64,000 bases of DNA from Octopus sinensis (Eukaryota), in assembly GCF_006345805.1 (NCBI RefSeq), contig NC_043007.1:11780001-11844000 (forward strand), written 5' to 3'. Both the position numbers and the translations under genes were made by a program. Below the pieces are notes generated by a model that saw only the letters and a list, made by a program, of their open reading frames with translations, ran no database searches and was not told the origin of the DNA. Positions 1 to 12,729 of this stretch are shown here, piece by piece. How positions within the stretch are numbered: position 1 is the stretch's first letter; each line of letters opens with the position of its first letter.

Positions 1-75
1 TGTCTGTGTATACATATGTTTATATAGATACATATACATGCACATATGAGTATCTGTATATACATACATACGTAT

Positions 76-155
<80 letters not shown>

Positions 156-470
156 ATATATACACACACACACACACATATATATATACACACTCACGCA
201 CAAACATATACATGCAAATATTTACATGTGTGCGGTGTATGTATATATATATATATCTATGCATGTTCACATACATATATACATTCATATATATTTCATG
301 TGTGTATGCGTATATACGTGCACAGACACACACATACACACACACAGAGGCATACATGTATATTTGTGTCCATGAGTGTATGTATACAAATACGCATATA
401 TATTATACACACACATATACATACTAACACACACCTCTATATTCATACACACACATACACACATGTGTAA
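1..470. repeat. Compound (TA)n/(CA)n microsatellite tract
   Basis: Pure (TA)n at about 85-145 within degenerate TA/CA repeats; explains the Y/I/H/T-rich ORFs. Confidence 0.95.
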
Positions 471-1164
471 TTATTTTCTAACTTTTCAAAAATCTTAAAT
501 CTCAAAGATGTTTCCTCCAAAACAAAAGATGTAAAAATTCATGAAGTTTTAAATAAGACGAAATTTGTCTCTAAAAATGGCTAAAATAATAAACAGACAA
601 CACTGTTTCTGCATTTTCACATGCTAATTTTCTGATATTTCTCTTCATTAATTAATTTCGAAAGACCAATGATTATTTTGAAAATTTCTGCTTTGATTCC
701 ATTCAGATAAAAGCAAAATAAACAAAGAAATAAATGACAAAAAAAAAACACACACAAACGAATGCAAGTACAACAATAAAAAAAAAAAAATATTAAATAA
801 TAAAAAAAAACCAGCAACATAAAACAATCATGTGTGGCGATGTGTTTCATTGTCAAGACTGACTTTTATAGTTTTGAAATATTTCGAGCTGTTTTTGTTT
901 CTGTTAATCAATTTTATGAAATTTTCTATTTTGTTTTATAAAACATATCTTTGGTGCTCGTGTGTAGTCGGGGTTGGAGAGAGAGACACTTATTGTTTTC
1001 TGTCATCACACACACATAGCTTCGGGTCAGTTGCGACTGAGTAAATGAGCTTCTACTAGCTTCAGAGATGGGTTTTTCTACTGTTCAATCAACTGAGCAA
1101 CCTAATTATTATCAAATTAGTATGCTAGTGGCTGAGTACTCCACAGACGTATTTTAATTTAAGC

Positions 1165-1600
1165 CATTTTCTCCCTATGGAGCATTGGCCATCAATGACT
1201 TTCCTCTACTGTTTTCAACTTTGAGATGTCTTTTCTGCTTCTCTCCAGCAGAATCTCTGCCTTTTTTAGTTAACTCTGTTTCAGTACCCTACTTTCAGCT
1301 TTTTTTTAGGATGTCCTTTCTTCTGCCTCCTTTGTGAGTTCCAGGTCAAGGCCTGGCATGTCCTATGTTTCCATGAGTACATGTCTTACTGCCCCATGTC
1401 TTGTTGGTTTTGGAATTGTCAGTGATGCTCTGGTAACTTTGCTTTTCGCCTTCTTAGGGGTGTTGCCCCTATGAAAACTCATTTTTATTAGTCAGACCTT
1501 TATCCTTTGACCAGTCCAGGATGGGAGGCCCTACTAGCATAGCTCTCATCCAAATCACCACACTGCAACAAAGACTGGACCATGTGGAGGACAGGCACAT
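1165..1600 (-). mobile_element. Decayed RTE-like non-autonomous fragment
   Basis: Contains ccctatggagcattggccatc ... cctttgaccagtccaggatgggaggccctac, resembling RTE-family ends from memory; no ORF. Confidence 0.35.
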
Positions 1601-2355
1601 GTTAGCTTACTGTAATTCTCACATAGATTCAGTATAACACAGAATGAGAAGACTGGTCAAACCTTTAAATCAGAGATACAGTCCATCCAATAGGCTTCCC
1701 TGCAGTTTCTGTCTATCCATTTTCATTCACAAAGCTTGGACTGGCCTAAGGTCACAATTAAAGACACTTGTCCTAATTGCCACTCATTTTTAACCAATCA
1801 ACCATTTTGCACCCATCTAACTGAATAGACCTACGATGAAAGGTGTTCCAGACATGACCAGCCTGCATATCTGTGAATTATCAAGATAGGAGGGTTGTGA
1901 TTTAAACTCAAAGTGGATTTGGTTGCTATTTCTAGCCATTCATAGGAGTATATAGGGGCTCTATCTTTAGCTTGTAGGAAATAAAGAAACTTCTTTATTA
2001 AAATAGTGATTTTTAATGGAAGTTCAAGACCATACATTAGAAATCTTTTGATACTACACTGCATCATCATCATTTAATGTCTGCTTTCCATGCTGGTATG
2101 GGATGGACGGTTTGAGGTGGAGCTGACTATCAGGGAACTGTCCAGACTCCAATTGTCTGTTGTAACATGATTTCTACTGCTGGATGCCCTAAGTGATCTA
2201 AATTTAAAACTTTTAAAGAAATTTCATGTGAATTTATGTTCTAAGGATGAAGTTAGCTTACTAAATTCTTCATTATTTTTGAAAATTAATTCAAACAAAT
2301 GCAGTGTATTTCAATAGAAATGTTGATAATAAAAGGGCTAAACTTCCTAATTTAA

Positions 2356-2575
2356 CCCTTTTGTTACCATATTTATTTTGAGATGCTCTGTGTTTCTTTC
2401 AATTACTTTAACCATAACAAAGAATTTAGTAAAATAACTTAGTTATCATTAAGCTAGTGTTAGGAATGTAAATTATGACTAAGGCCTGGTGGAATATTTT
2501 AATTCAAAACTTATGAAAACAAGACATTTTACCACAGAGCCAGAGCTGGTTTGGGCTGGGTTAATAACAAAAGGG
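2356..2575. mobile_element. piggyBac-like MITE
   Basis: 11-bp perfect TIRs CCCTTTTGTTA/TAACAAAAGGG flanked by TTAA at 2352-2355 and 2576-2579. Confidence 0.75.
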
Positions 2576-2771
2576 TTAAAGTAATTAAAATTAAGACCAT
2601 TCATCAAAATTTCATATAAGCTTACGTATGCTCCAAATATCAGCTAAATAGGGACAAAGTTATTTCAGTAAATTCCTTATTTTCAAAATATGTTGAAACA
2701 AGGGCAGTGCATTTCAGCAGAAATATTCTAACAAAAGGGTTAAGAGAGAGAGCACCGTTGATTAAATTTAC

Positions 2772-2900
2772 CTCAGATATATATTTTATGAACACCCAAA
2801 GGATGAAATGTAAAGTTGAGCTGAAATGATTTAAATTCAGAACTTGATAAATGCAACAAGGCATTTTGTTGAGTTCTCTTCTGATTCTGCTAGTCGCCAT
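2772..2900 (-). CDS. Candidate first coding exon of a minus-strand gene (MATSRIRRELNKMPCCIYQVLNLNHFSSTLHFILWVFIKYISE), product unknown
   Basis: ATG in AAGATGGCG context; 129 nt open frame ending at phase-0 donor GAG|GTAAAT; adjacent to promoter motifs; no recognisable homology. Confidence 0.4.
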
Positions 2901-3143
2901 CTTATCTTCCTTATTAAATTATTAATGCATTTCTTTTCGGTACTATGAAGGCCAAATTATTTTCAATGGCGACTATAATGTCACATCTGATAGTTGGGCT
3001 AAATACTCTCTTTATTGTTGTTAATAATGTTAATCTTATGTTCAATCATACCCCCCGCCCACTACTTCCTGCTTCTAGATTCTGAGAGCCAAAGAGAAAA
3101 ATAAACCCTTTGTTGTTAATAATTCACAATTTCTAAAATGGCG
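2895..3143. promoter_or_regulatory. Putative bidirectional TATA-less promoter
   Basis: Divergent YY1-type motifs (CGCCATCTT 2895-2903; AAAATGGCG 3135-3143), GC box CCCCGCCC within 3051-3060, ETS site ACTTCCTG 3064-3071, in non-repetitive DNA. Confidence 0.6.
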
Positions 3144-3649
3144 AGTCAGGAGAGATAATGAAGTTATAGATTAAAACACTCATGAGTACCTCTTATCATT
3201 TCCAAGATCAGTACCTACTTCTGTGACAGTAGTATATTACTTGTAATTTATTGGTGTGGGTTCAAATTACAGAAGTTGACCTTAATTAAAAATTATAAAT
3301 GATATAAAAAATTTGCTTTAAAATATAAAATTAAAGTAAAGAAATTATACAGAGCTTTATGTCGAGTAAAATAAGATGTTTTCCATTGATAAAACTCCAG
3401 TACGAATTTGTATGATTTCTTTTAATTTATTATTTATTTTGTTAATAATTTTATTACTGTAATGAATCATGTAGTCAGGAGTGAAATTAATAAAAAACTT
3501 TAAATGCCGATAGAAGGATAAAAATATAATTACAAAATAATAAACGGAGAAACATAATTTTTATTTTCTTTATAGTAGGGAAAGAGAGAGTGGTTAGATT
3601 GTAATGTTTTAATATCTGTAGCCAAAATTACATTACTAATTTGTTTTAG

Positions 3650-3832
3650 GACGTGGAACAATTTAATCTTGATGTCATTGGGTCCTAATGATATCAGGGA
3701 CTACTTTCTGTCAGTCTGATATTAGCAAAGAAGCTACAAATTGGCTGGTTTTGAGTCTTTCAGCTGTCCCCGTTCCTTTTCTGTATGAGTGGACAAACCC
3801 AGGTATTGGATTTGGATTTGCATATGAAGGTG
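3650..3832 (+). other. Candidate internal exon of plus-strand transcript (5' UTR plus possible start at 3688)
   Basis: Branch point TACTAAT 3634-3640, acceptor TTGTTTTAG|G; donors CAG|GTATTG (3802) or GTG|GTGAGC (3832); all three frames have early stops. Confidence 0.45.
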
Positions 3833-3865
3833 GTGAGCCGCAGAATTATTTTAATCTTTTATATT

Positions 3866-4069
3866 TTACTTGTTTCAGTCATTGGATTGCAACCATGCTG
3901 GGGGCATTGTCTTGCAGGGTTTGTTGAACTATAATTAACCCATGTACTTATTTTTCAAATCTTTCTATCAGTCTTTTGCCGAACCGCTAAGTTATGGGGA
4001 CATAAACACACCAGCATCAGTTGTCAAGCGATGTTGGGAGGACAAACACAGACACACAAGCATATACAC

Positions 4070-4100
<31 letters not shown>

Positions 4101-4263
4101 CAACAGGCTTCTTTCAGTTTCCATCCACCAAATCCACTCACACGGCTTTGGTCGGCCCAAGGCTATAGTAGAAGACACTTGCCCAAGGAACCACGCAGTG
4201 GGACTGAACCCGGAACCATGTGGTTGGTAAGCAAGGTACTTACCACACAGCCACTCCTATGCC
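3866..4263 (-). mobile_element. SINE family A (tRNA-like head, central microsatellite, AAAGAGT tail)
   Basis: Reverse complement of ggagtggctgtgtggtaag...gggttcagtccc (A/B box-like) ...gactgaaacaagtaaaa. Confidence 0.9.
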
Positions 4264-5054
4264 TACACATGCTTAATTACACACACACACACTCTCTCTC
4301 TCTCTTTCGCTCTCTCGCTCTCTCTCACACACACATATACAATAGGATTCCACACAGTTACCATCAACCAAGTTCACTCAGAGGGCATTGGTTGACCTTG
4401 GCCAATTATAGAAGACACATGCCCAAGATGTCACGCAGTGGAACTGAATCTCAAACTACATAGTTACGAATGAAGCTTATGAACCACACAGTCATGAGTT
4501 GGCATGCCATTTCCATATAATGTTACATCCTTGTACTGTATACTTTCACATACTGGGGTTGGTTTGGCTTTTTTTCTTTCAGGAATCATAAAATAAATAA
4601 CCACTTAATACTGGAGACTAATTAAATTGATTGTAAAAATAAAAAAATTAAAGATAGTTGCTCTTGTGCCAATTTAAGAAATTAAGAAATTATTATTATT
4701 TAGTCTGAGGCAAAGGGGTGGCTATAACGAGAAATTAGTTATGTACTAGTTAAGCACTAGAGGCTAATTACATCGGCTATAAAAATATTGGTCTCGTGCC
4801 AGTGTAAGAAGCAATTATCGTTTATTCTGAGATTGGGAAGTTGTGTGAATGATCTTTGCAAGCATGACTGCATGATTATGGAGCACAGTTTGCAATCATG
4901 TGGTTTTGGGTTCAGTTCCATTGTACAGCACCTTGAGCAAATGTCTACTACTATAGCCCAGGGCCAACCAATACCCTGTAAGTAAATTTGGTAGATGGAA
5001 ACTTTATCGTAGCCCATCATGTGTGTATGTAGATGAATATAAAAATATATGTAG

Positions 5055-5455
5055 GTGCAGGAGTGGCTGTGTGGTAAGTAGCTTGTTTACCAACCACATG
5101 GTTTCAGGTTCAGTCCCACTGCATGGCACCTTGGGCAAGTGTCTTTTACGATAGCCTCAGGCTGACCAAAGCCTTGTAAGTGGATTTGGTAGATGGAAAC
5201 TGAAAGAAGCCCATTGTATATACACACACACATATATATGTATATGTGTGTTTATATGTGTGTGTGTGTGTGTGTCCCCAACATTGCTTGACAACCAATG
5301 CTGGTGTGTTTACATCCCCATAACTTAGCAGTTCCGCAAAGTGACCGATAGAATAAGTACCAGGCTTACAAAGAATAAGTCCTGAGGTTGATTTGCTTGA
5401 CTAAAGGTGGTGCTCCAGCATGGCTACAGTCAAATGACTGAAACAGGTAGAAAAA
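5055..5455 (+). mobile_element. SINE family A
   Basis: Full-length match to other A copies in the window. Confidence 0.9.
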
Positions 5456-5491
5456 TACACACACACATACACACACGCATGCACACGTGTG

Positions 5492-5822
5492 TGTGAAGGT
5501 GCATGGCTCAGTGGTTAGAGCAGCAAGGTGACAAAAAATAGTGAGTTCAATTCCTGAACCAGTCTGTGTGTTATATTCTTGAACAAGACACTTGATTTCA
5601 TATAGCCTAGTTCAGTCAGTTGCGACGTCACAGGTGCCAAGCTGTATCGGCCTTTGCCTTTCCCTTGGATAACATCAGTGGTGTTGAGAGGGGAGACTGG
5701 TATGCAAGGGTGACTACTGGTCTTCCATAAACAACCTTGCCTGGACTTGTACCTTGAAGCTGGAAGGGAACTTTCTAGGTGCAATCCTATTGTCATCCAT
5801 GACTGAAGGGGTTCTTTACCCT
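5492..5822 (+). mobile_element. SINE family C (tRNA-like head TGGCTCAGTGGTTAGAGC)
   Basis: Matches copies at 22734-23073 and 32289-32627. Confidence 0.88.
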
Positions 5823-5854
5823 TTACTCTTTTTTATAAACACACTATATATTAT

Positions 5855-6268
5855 GTGTGTGTTGGCACTTGTGCCCGTGCTGGTAGGGTGCCAAGAGCAC
5901 CATCTGAACGTGATCGTTGCCAGAGCAGCCAGCTGGCTTCCATGCTGGTGGCACGTAAGAGGGCACCATTCGAGTGTGATCATTACCAACGTCGCCTTAC
6001 TGGCACCTGTGCTGGTGGCATGTGTAAAAAGATTCGAGCGAGGTCATTGCCAGTACCGCCTGACTGGCCCCCGTGCTAGTGGCACGTAAAAAGCACCCAC
6101 TACACTCTCGTAGTGGTTGGCGTTAGGAAGAGCATCCAGCTGTAGAAACTCTGCCAGATCAAGATTGGAGCCCGCTGCAGCCATCTGGTTTGCCAGCCCT
6201 CAGTCAAAATCGTCCAACCCATGCTAGCATGGAAAGCGGACGTTAAACGATGGCGATGATAATGATGA
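5855..6268 (+). mobile_element. Family D: (GAT)n-tailed RTE-type non-autonomous element
   Basis: gttggcgttaggaag...catccagc...ccatgctagcatggaaagcggacgttaaacgat(gat)n; multiple copies in the window. Confidence 0.8.
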
Positions 6269-6398
6269 TACATACACATGTGTCTTTGTGTTTGTCTTCT
6301 CTCTCACCTACTGCCTGACAACCAGTGTTGGATTGTTTGCTTCTCTCTGACTTAGTGGTTCAGCAAAACAGAATCGATACAGTTACAACCAGGCTTTC

Positions 6399-6503
<105 letters not shown>

Positions 6504-7413
6504 TAGATAGAAAGATAGATATATATATAAGTATTGGGGCCAGTTTGTTTGACTAAAGCTTTGAAGGTGGTGCTGCAGCATGGCCGTTGTTCAGTGTCTA
6601 AAACAAATAAAAGATGGATGATAATAAAGACCAGTCCTGATTTTGAACTCAGAGTGGACAGGAATAAGACTTAATCCTAGATTTAGCTTTGGCTTATCTT
6701 GTGTTGTCCATCACCACCACAGCCATTATCGACAGCAGCATTATATGCATATATGCATGTGCTGTCCATTCTAAACACTAATTTGCGAATGAAAAGGAAC
6801 AAATCCACTCCAGAGACTCCTACAGTATTTCCATTGCTTTGTCAGGCAAGCTATCTCATTACCAATTACACCAGGATGAATTTTGTATGCCTGTCTTTCT
6901 TAAATTAGATAAATTTTTAACTACTTTATTCAGTCTCCACGAGTATTCTGCCTGTTTCACAGACAATTTCATACCACTTAGTGTTATCTCAACAAGCTGA
7001 CATCAGCGTCTGAATGTACGAAAGACATTAAACATTACATAATCTAAACCAATAGAAATGTGGTTCAAATCCAGTCATCAGACTCATTGTTTAGTTCCTT
7101 CTTTCTCTTTTCCATCTCTACGAATCAGTTTCTAACCTGTAGCATTCGGATTACTCTGTCAAGTGTAATGCATGTTCATCCACATTGTTTTGAATCAGCC
7201 AGGCTTTATCTCTTAGCTTAGAGATTTCAATGGTGTGTTTTCAAAATGACATTGTAGGGTAGGTGTGAGAGGCTGGATCTGCCAGTTTGAACATAAAACA
7301 GATAAAATATGTAGGCCAGATATGGCTGGCTCAAATGCGAAATGGTTAGAGAACATAAGATTTAATATCATATATAAATATAAAAAATAGCTGTTAATGT
7401 GTTGTTCTGTATA

Positions 7414-7445
<32 letters not shown>

Positions 7446-7539
7446 CACACACACACTCATACATACACATACACAAGCAGACACACACACACATACACAT
7501 GTACTCATATACATGTATATATGTATATGTATATATATT

Positions 7540-7750
7540 TATTTCTTTATTGCCCACAGGGAGCTAAACATATAGGGGCCAAACAAGGACAGACAAAAGG
7601 ATTAAGTTGAGTACATTGACCCCAGTGCATAACTGGCACTTATTTAATTGACCCAGAAAGGATGAAAGGCAAAATCAACCTTAGTGGAATTTGAACTCAG
7701 AACATTATGACAGATGAAATACAGCTAGGCATTCCATCCGGCATGATAAT
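7540..7750 (-). mobile_element. SINE family B (central CCTTTCATCCTTTCGGGGTCGAT-AAGTACC domain)
   Basis: Degenerate match to B copies; central domain resembles the MetaSINE-type domain (from memory). Confidence 0.8.
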
Positions 7751-8014
7751 GATTCTGCCAGCTCACCACCATACATACATATATATATATATATTGTAGA
7801 CAGTATATGAATTTTATAAACTTTTGTGAGAACATGAAATAATTTCTAATTGACTGGCCCTCTCCCCCAAAATTTCAAACCTTGTGCCAAGAGTAGAAAA
7901 GAGTATTTTCTTGGAGAAAGGATGGGGGAATATTGAACACATCCATTCCTATTACAAGGGCATTGGTAAACGTAAATTTGGAATGGAAAGAATGAGATAC
8001 CTGTCTAACACACA

Positions 8015-8061
<47 letters not shown>

Positions 8062-8074
8062 GTATCTTTGATAT

Positions 8075-8522
8075 GTTTCAGTCACTAGACTGTGACCATG
8101 CTGGAACACTTCTTTGAGGAGCTTTTTAGTTGAATGAATCAAATTCTGTACTTATTTCTATTTTTTTTAAGCCTGATATTTATTCAATTGGTCTCTTTTT
8201 GCTGAACCACTAAGTTATGGGGACATAAACACACCAACACTGGTCGTCATGTGGTGTGGAGAGGAGTGACAAACACACACAGACACATGCACTTTCTCTC
8301 ACACACACATGCACGCACACTCACATACATATGCTACAGGCTTCTTTTAGTTTCCTTATATCCCAAATCTTCATATATCATATACCAAATCTACATCCAC
8401 TCACAAGCCCTTGGCCAGCCCAAGGCTATAGTGGAACACATTTTCCCAAAGTGCCACACAGTGGGACTGAACCCAGAACCAAATGATTTAGAAGCAAACA
8501 TTTTACCACACTGCCACGCCTG
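8075..8522 (-). mobile_element. SINE family A (old, degenerate)
   Basis: Collinear similarity to the A consensus. Confidence 0.8.
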
Positions 8523-8934
8523 CATATACAACAGTTTATGTATAGGATGTCACAAATTGGTAGTTCTTAAACAATTTGTCCAAGATTTCCCCCTGCCACC
8601 TCCACTATCTACAAGGAATGTTTGTGGCAGCTTTGCTAAATAGGGGTCAACATGAAGTTTGATATTGTAGTTTAGCTATATCAAGTTTTGGTGAGTCTGG
8701 TAATTTGTTTGTCAAGTAAATAGCTAAAACACTTTTCTACTGAAGTCATTTTCAGGTTAACAGTTTGAACTGGTTTGATAAATTTCGTAGATAAACTTTC
8801 TCTCTAAAACTGAGAACATTGTAATTAGACGTCGGTGATTTCTATCAAAATGTTATCTTTTATGTAATGAAAATTTCATTGATATTTATCACCTGAAGCA
8901 TCTTGAAAACTTCATAATTATTTAAAAACCCACT

Positions 8935-9370
8935 CTGCATTTATATATTTATATACATATACACAGACACACATGCACACAAATATATGTACATATGTAC
9001 ACACACACACACACACACACATACATACATACATGTGTGATATATATATGTGTGTATATATGTATATATACATATATATACAATATATACATATATATAT
9101 ATATACAATATGTATATGTATATATACATATATATGTATATATATACAATATATACATATATGTATATACACACAATATATACAAATATATCTATACGCA
9201 TATATACATATATGTATATATCCATAGATATATATATACATACATGTATCTATGCATATATATATATGTACATATATCTATATATATACATACATATATA
9301 TATACATATATATATATATATGCATACATACATATATATATATGCATACATACATATATATATATGCATG

Positions 9371-9418
<48 letters not shown>

Positions 9419-9500
9419 ATATATATATACATACATACATACATATATATATATATTTTATATCTTGATGGATATAGATATAGAAACACATACATATACC
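8935..9500. repeat. Long degenerate (TA)/(TACA) microsatellite
   Basis: Direct inspection. Confidence 0.95.
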
Positions 9501-9650
9501 TTGTGACTTACATCTGTAAATATTCAAGGAATTTTATATAGTTACGCAGAAAGTGAGAGAAAATAAAAAGGTAGAAGATGTTCAGAGTTGTTATCTTTGT
9601 TGGTTGTTTCTAAGGATTTCTGTCTTTTCTCTGCAAAAACTCGAAGCTTG

Positions 9651-9685
<35 letters not shown>

Positions 9686-9724
9686 TGAAATTATTGTATG
9701 AAACATATGTAAGATGTATGGATG

Positions 9725-10095
9725 ATAATGAATGATGCTGCTTCAGTGAGAGATCCATGGATATTGGATGGCGAAGATCTGTGGAAGCTGGAGAATAATC
9801 AGTTGGGTATGCTTTGTTGAGTATATTATGTAAACTCGTATTCAAGATGGTGAGCTGGAAGGGTGGCTGAATAATAAATGTATAATAAGTTGATGTTAGA
9901 AGAGGAGAGATCTGGACTGGTATGAGATGTGAATGGATGATGATGGGTTTGGGTGAAAGAGTGCCGTGTACTAGCAGTGGAAAGTAGCTATGGGAGAGGG
10001 GAAGACATGGGAGGACCGGTGATAAGATACCATTTTCAGGGTGGTGGTCCTTATAGATAAGATTATACGAGATTTTAGAGGAGTGAAGATGTGTC
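9725..10095 (-). mobile_element. Decayed LINE ORF2-like fragment
   Basis: Minus frame ...YSPASTDLRHPISMDL, purine-rich plus strand; LINE-like composition only. Confidence 0.4.
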
Positions 10096-10209
10096 ATTCT
10101 TCACTCCTGCTGTCACTCTTTCAACAGAAGCTAGCATGGAAAATGTGCTTTTTTTTAAATGAATGCACCCTGCCAAACACACACTCATATTGCATGCACA
10201 TGCACGTAC

Positions 10210-10690
10210 ACTATCTTTCTCTCTCTGTCTCATCCACACTTTCTCTGTCTCTCTCTTAGCCATACCCACACTCTATCTTTCTGTCTGTCTGTCTCTTCTC
10301 TTCTCCCTCGTTTCCACTTAAATTCTGTCTGTCTGTCTCTCTCTCTCTTTCTTTCCCTGTCTTAACTCTTTCCTCTTAATCTCTTTCCTCTCTCTTAACA
10401 CTGTCTCTCTCTCCCTTTCCTTCTCTTTCGTTCTCTCTCTTTCTCTCTTTCCCACTAACATTGTCTCTCTCCCTCTCCCTCTCTTTCGTTCTCTCTCTCT
10501 CTCTCTTTCCTACTAACATTGTCTCTCTCTCTCTCTCTCTTTCCCACTAACATTGCCTCTCTCTCTCCCTCTCTTGCTCTCTCTTTTGCCCACACTCACA
10601 CATACTTTCTCTCTCTCCCTTTCCTTCTCTCTCTCCCTCTCTCACTCACTCACTCTCTCTTCCCCTTCCAACACACACTCTCCCCTTCAT
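10210..10690. repeat. (CT)-rich low-complexity tract with internal degenerate repeats
   Basis: Repeated ctaacattgtctctctctc units. Confidence 0.9.
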
Positions 10691-11242
10691 TTTCCATATG
10701 TGGAAAGAGCTGCAAGTTTCAAATTCTGCTCTTTGTCGCAAATTATTTCTGATCCAATTAATATTTTCAACACTCAACCAGGCTTGTGTAACAAAATACT
10801 AAAACTGAGTAATCAACTCAATAAATAGTCAGTGTTATTGTTTCCAGACGAAAGACAGATGAGGATAGCAGCCACTATTAAATGGATGAGATGAAGACAG
10901 TTTAATAACGCAAATGATTATAGACACACGATGTTTTAATATTTGTAGACAACTTCTTATGTGACATATGAATATATGATTAAGCAGAGAGATTAATTAC
11001 ATAGATTAAGATAAAGTACAGTCTCTAAGGAATACATTAACCTTTTCTTGTTGGATCAAGTCTAAACAAATTGGCTTTCGTTATATAAATGTTGGATCTT
11101 CCTGAGAAGATGGCATCAGTTGAATTGGCTGCCATTACTGTTTAGTGCCAGGTCAGCCCTGATCAAACTGACCTGGGATCAAAGGTACTTCATTCTTGAT
11201 CATCCTTCATTAATGTATTTGATGGCATATAAAGGACATATA

Positions 11243-11650
11243 AGGCAGCGAGCTGGCAGAATCGTTAGCACTCCGGGCGAAATGCTTAGCGGTATTTCGT
11301 CTGCCGCTACGTTCTGAGTTCAAATTCCGCTGAGGTCGACTTTGCCTTTCATCCTTTCGGGGTCGATTAAATAAGTACCAGTTACGCACTGGGGGTCGAT
11401 ATAATCGACTTAATCCGTTTGTGTGTCCTTGTTTGTCCTCTCTGTGTTTAGCCCCTTGTGGGTAGTAAAGAAATAGGTATTTCGTCTGCCACTACGTTCT
11501 GAGTTCAAATTCCGCCGAGGTCGACTTTGCCTTTCATCCTTTCGGGGTCGATTAAATAAGTACCAGTTACGCACTGGGGTCGATATAATCGACTTAATCC
11601 ATTTGTCTGTCGTCTCTGTGTTTAGCCCCTTGTGGGTAGTGAAGAAATAG
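11243..11650 (+). mobile_element. SINE family B with head-to-tail internal tandem unit (185 bp)
   Basis: 16-bp TSD GGCATATAAAGGACAT at 11224-11239 and 11650-11665. Confidence 0.92.
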
Positions 11651-11899
11651 GCATATAAAGGACATGCAGGCATATTAGACACAGCCTAATTTCAGCAGAA
11701 CATATTCAGGGAAAACAATTGCTAGTGTATTAAAGCATGTAATGTTAAAACCGTTGTAGCAGTACATTATAAAAGTACATTAGTTAGAGAAGAAAGCATT
11801 GCTGTATATAAAAAGTAAGTCAACAAACTGTAGAGCTGAACATAAAGCAAGAAATCACCAGAGTGAAAATATCCTCCATAATTACTGTAATAAAACATA

Positions 11900-12133
11900 C
11901 CTATTTCTTTACTACCCACAAGAGGCTAAACGCAGAGGGGACAAACAAGGACAGACAAAGGGATTAAGTTGATTACATTGACCCCAGTGTGTAACTAGTA
12001 CTTATTTAATTGATCCCGAAAGGAGGAAAGGCAAAGTTGACCTCGGCAGAATTTGAACTCAGAATGTAGCGGCAGACGAAATACCACTAAGCATTTTGCC
12101 TGGCGCGATAACGTCTCTGCCAGCTCACCGCCT
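11900..12133 (-). mobile_element. SINE family B
   Basis: 17-bp TSD TACTGTAATAAAACATA at 11883-11899 and 12155-12171. Confidence 0.92.
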
Positions 12134-12345
12134 TATTTTTTTTGTTTCTATTTATACTGTAATAAAACATAACACCAGACCACTAGTGCCTGACCTGTGA
12201 CTAAGTCTTCTGAGCATACATTGGACTGTTTGGCCACAGCCGGATACACTTTACTCCATCTTCTTCTCCAATATGATGTCCTTGGTCATTGCCAACAATG
12301 ACAGACAAAGTAATATAATAAAATATTATCATTATTAAAATTATA

Positions 12346-12729
12346 GGCATAGGAATGGTTGTGTGGTAAGTAGCTTGCTTACGAACCACATGGTTCCGGG
12401 TTCAGTCCCACTGTGGGGCACCTTGGGCAAGTGTCTTCTACTATTGCCTCGGGCCGACCAAAGCCTTGTGAGTGGATTTGGTGGACGGAAACTGAAAGAA
12501 GCCCGTTGTATATATGTACATATATATATGTGTGTTTGTGCTTGTCCCCCCAACATCGCTTGACAACTGATGCCGGTGTGTTTACGTCCCCGAAATTTAG
12601 CAGTTCAGCAAAAGAGACCGATAGAATAAGTACTAGGCTTACAAAGAATAAGTCCTGGGGTCGATTTGCTCAACTAAAGGCAGTGCTCCAGCATGGCCAC
12701 AGTCAAATGACTGAAACAAGTAAAAGAGT
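12346..12729 (+). mobile_element. SINE family A
   Basis: Full-length copy. Confidence 0.92.

Noticed and set aside
6-470. Long ORFs here and at 8918-9541, 18675-19258, 30580-30986 and 45331-45713
   Set aside because: Translations of TA/CA microsatellites (YIYI/HTHT), not genes
2729-2743. Orphan copy of the MITE TIR (TAACAAAAGGGTTAA)
   Set aside because: No partner TIR or body similarity; too short to call an element
2865-2900. MATSRIRRELNK as a ubiquitin-conjugating E2 N-terminus
   Set aside because: The resemblance covers only about 10 residues and the rest of the exon does not fit an E2 fold
5492-5570. tRNA-like heads of SINEs as tRNA genes
   Set aside because: No cloverleaf or acceptor stem; each continues into a repeated SINE body
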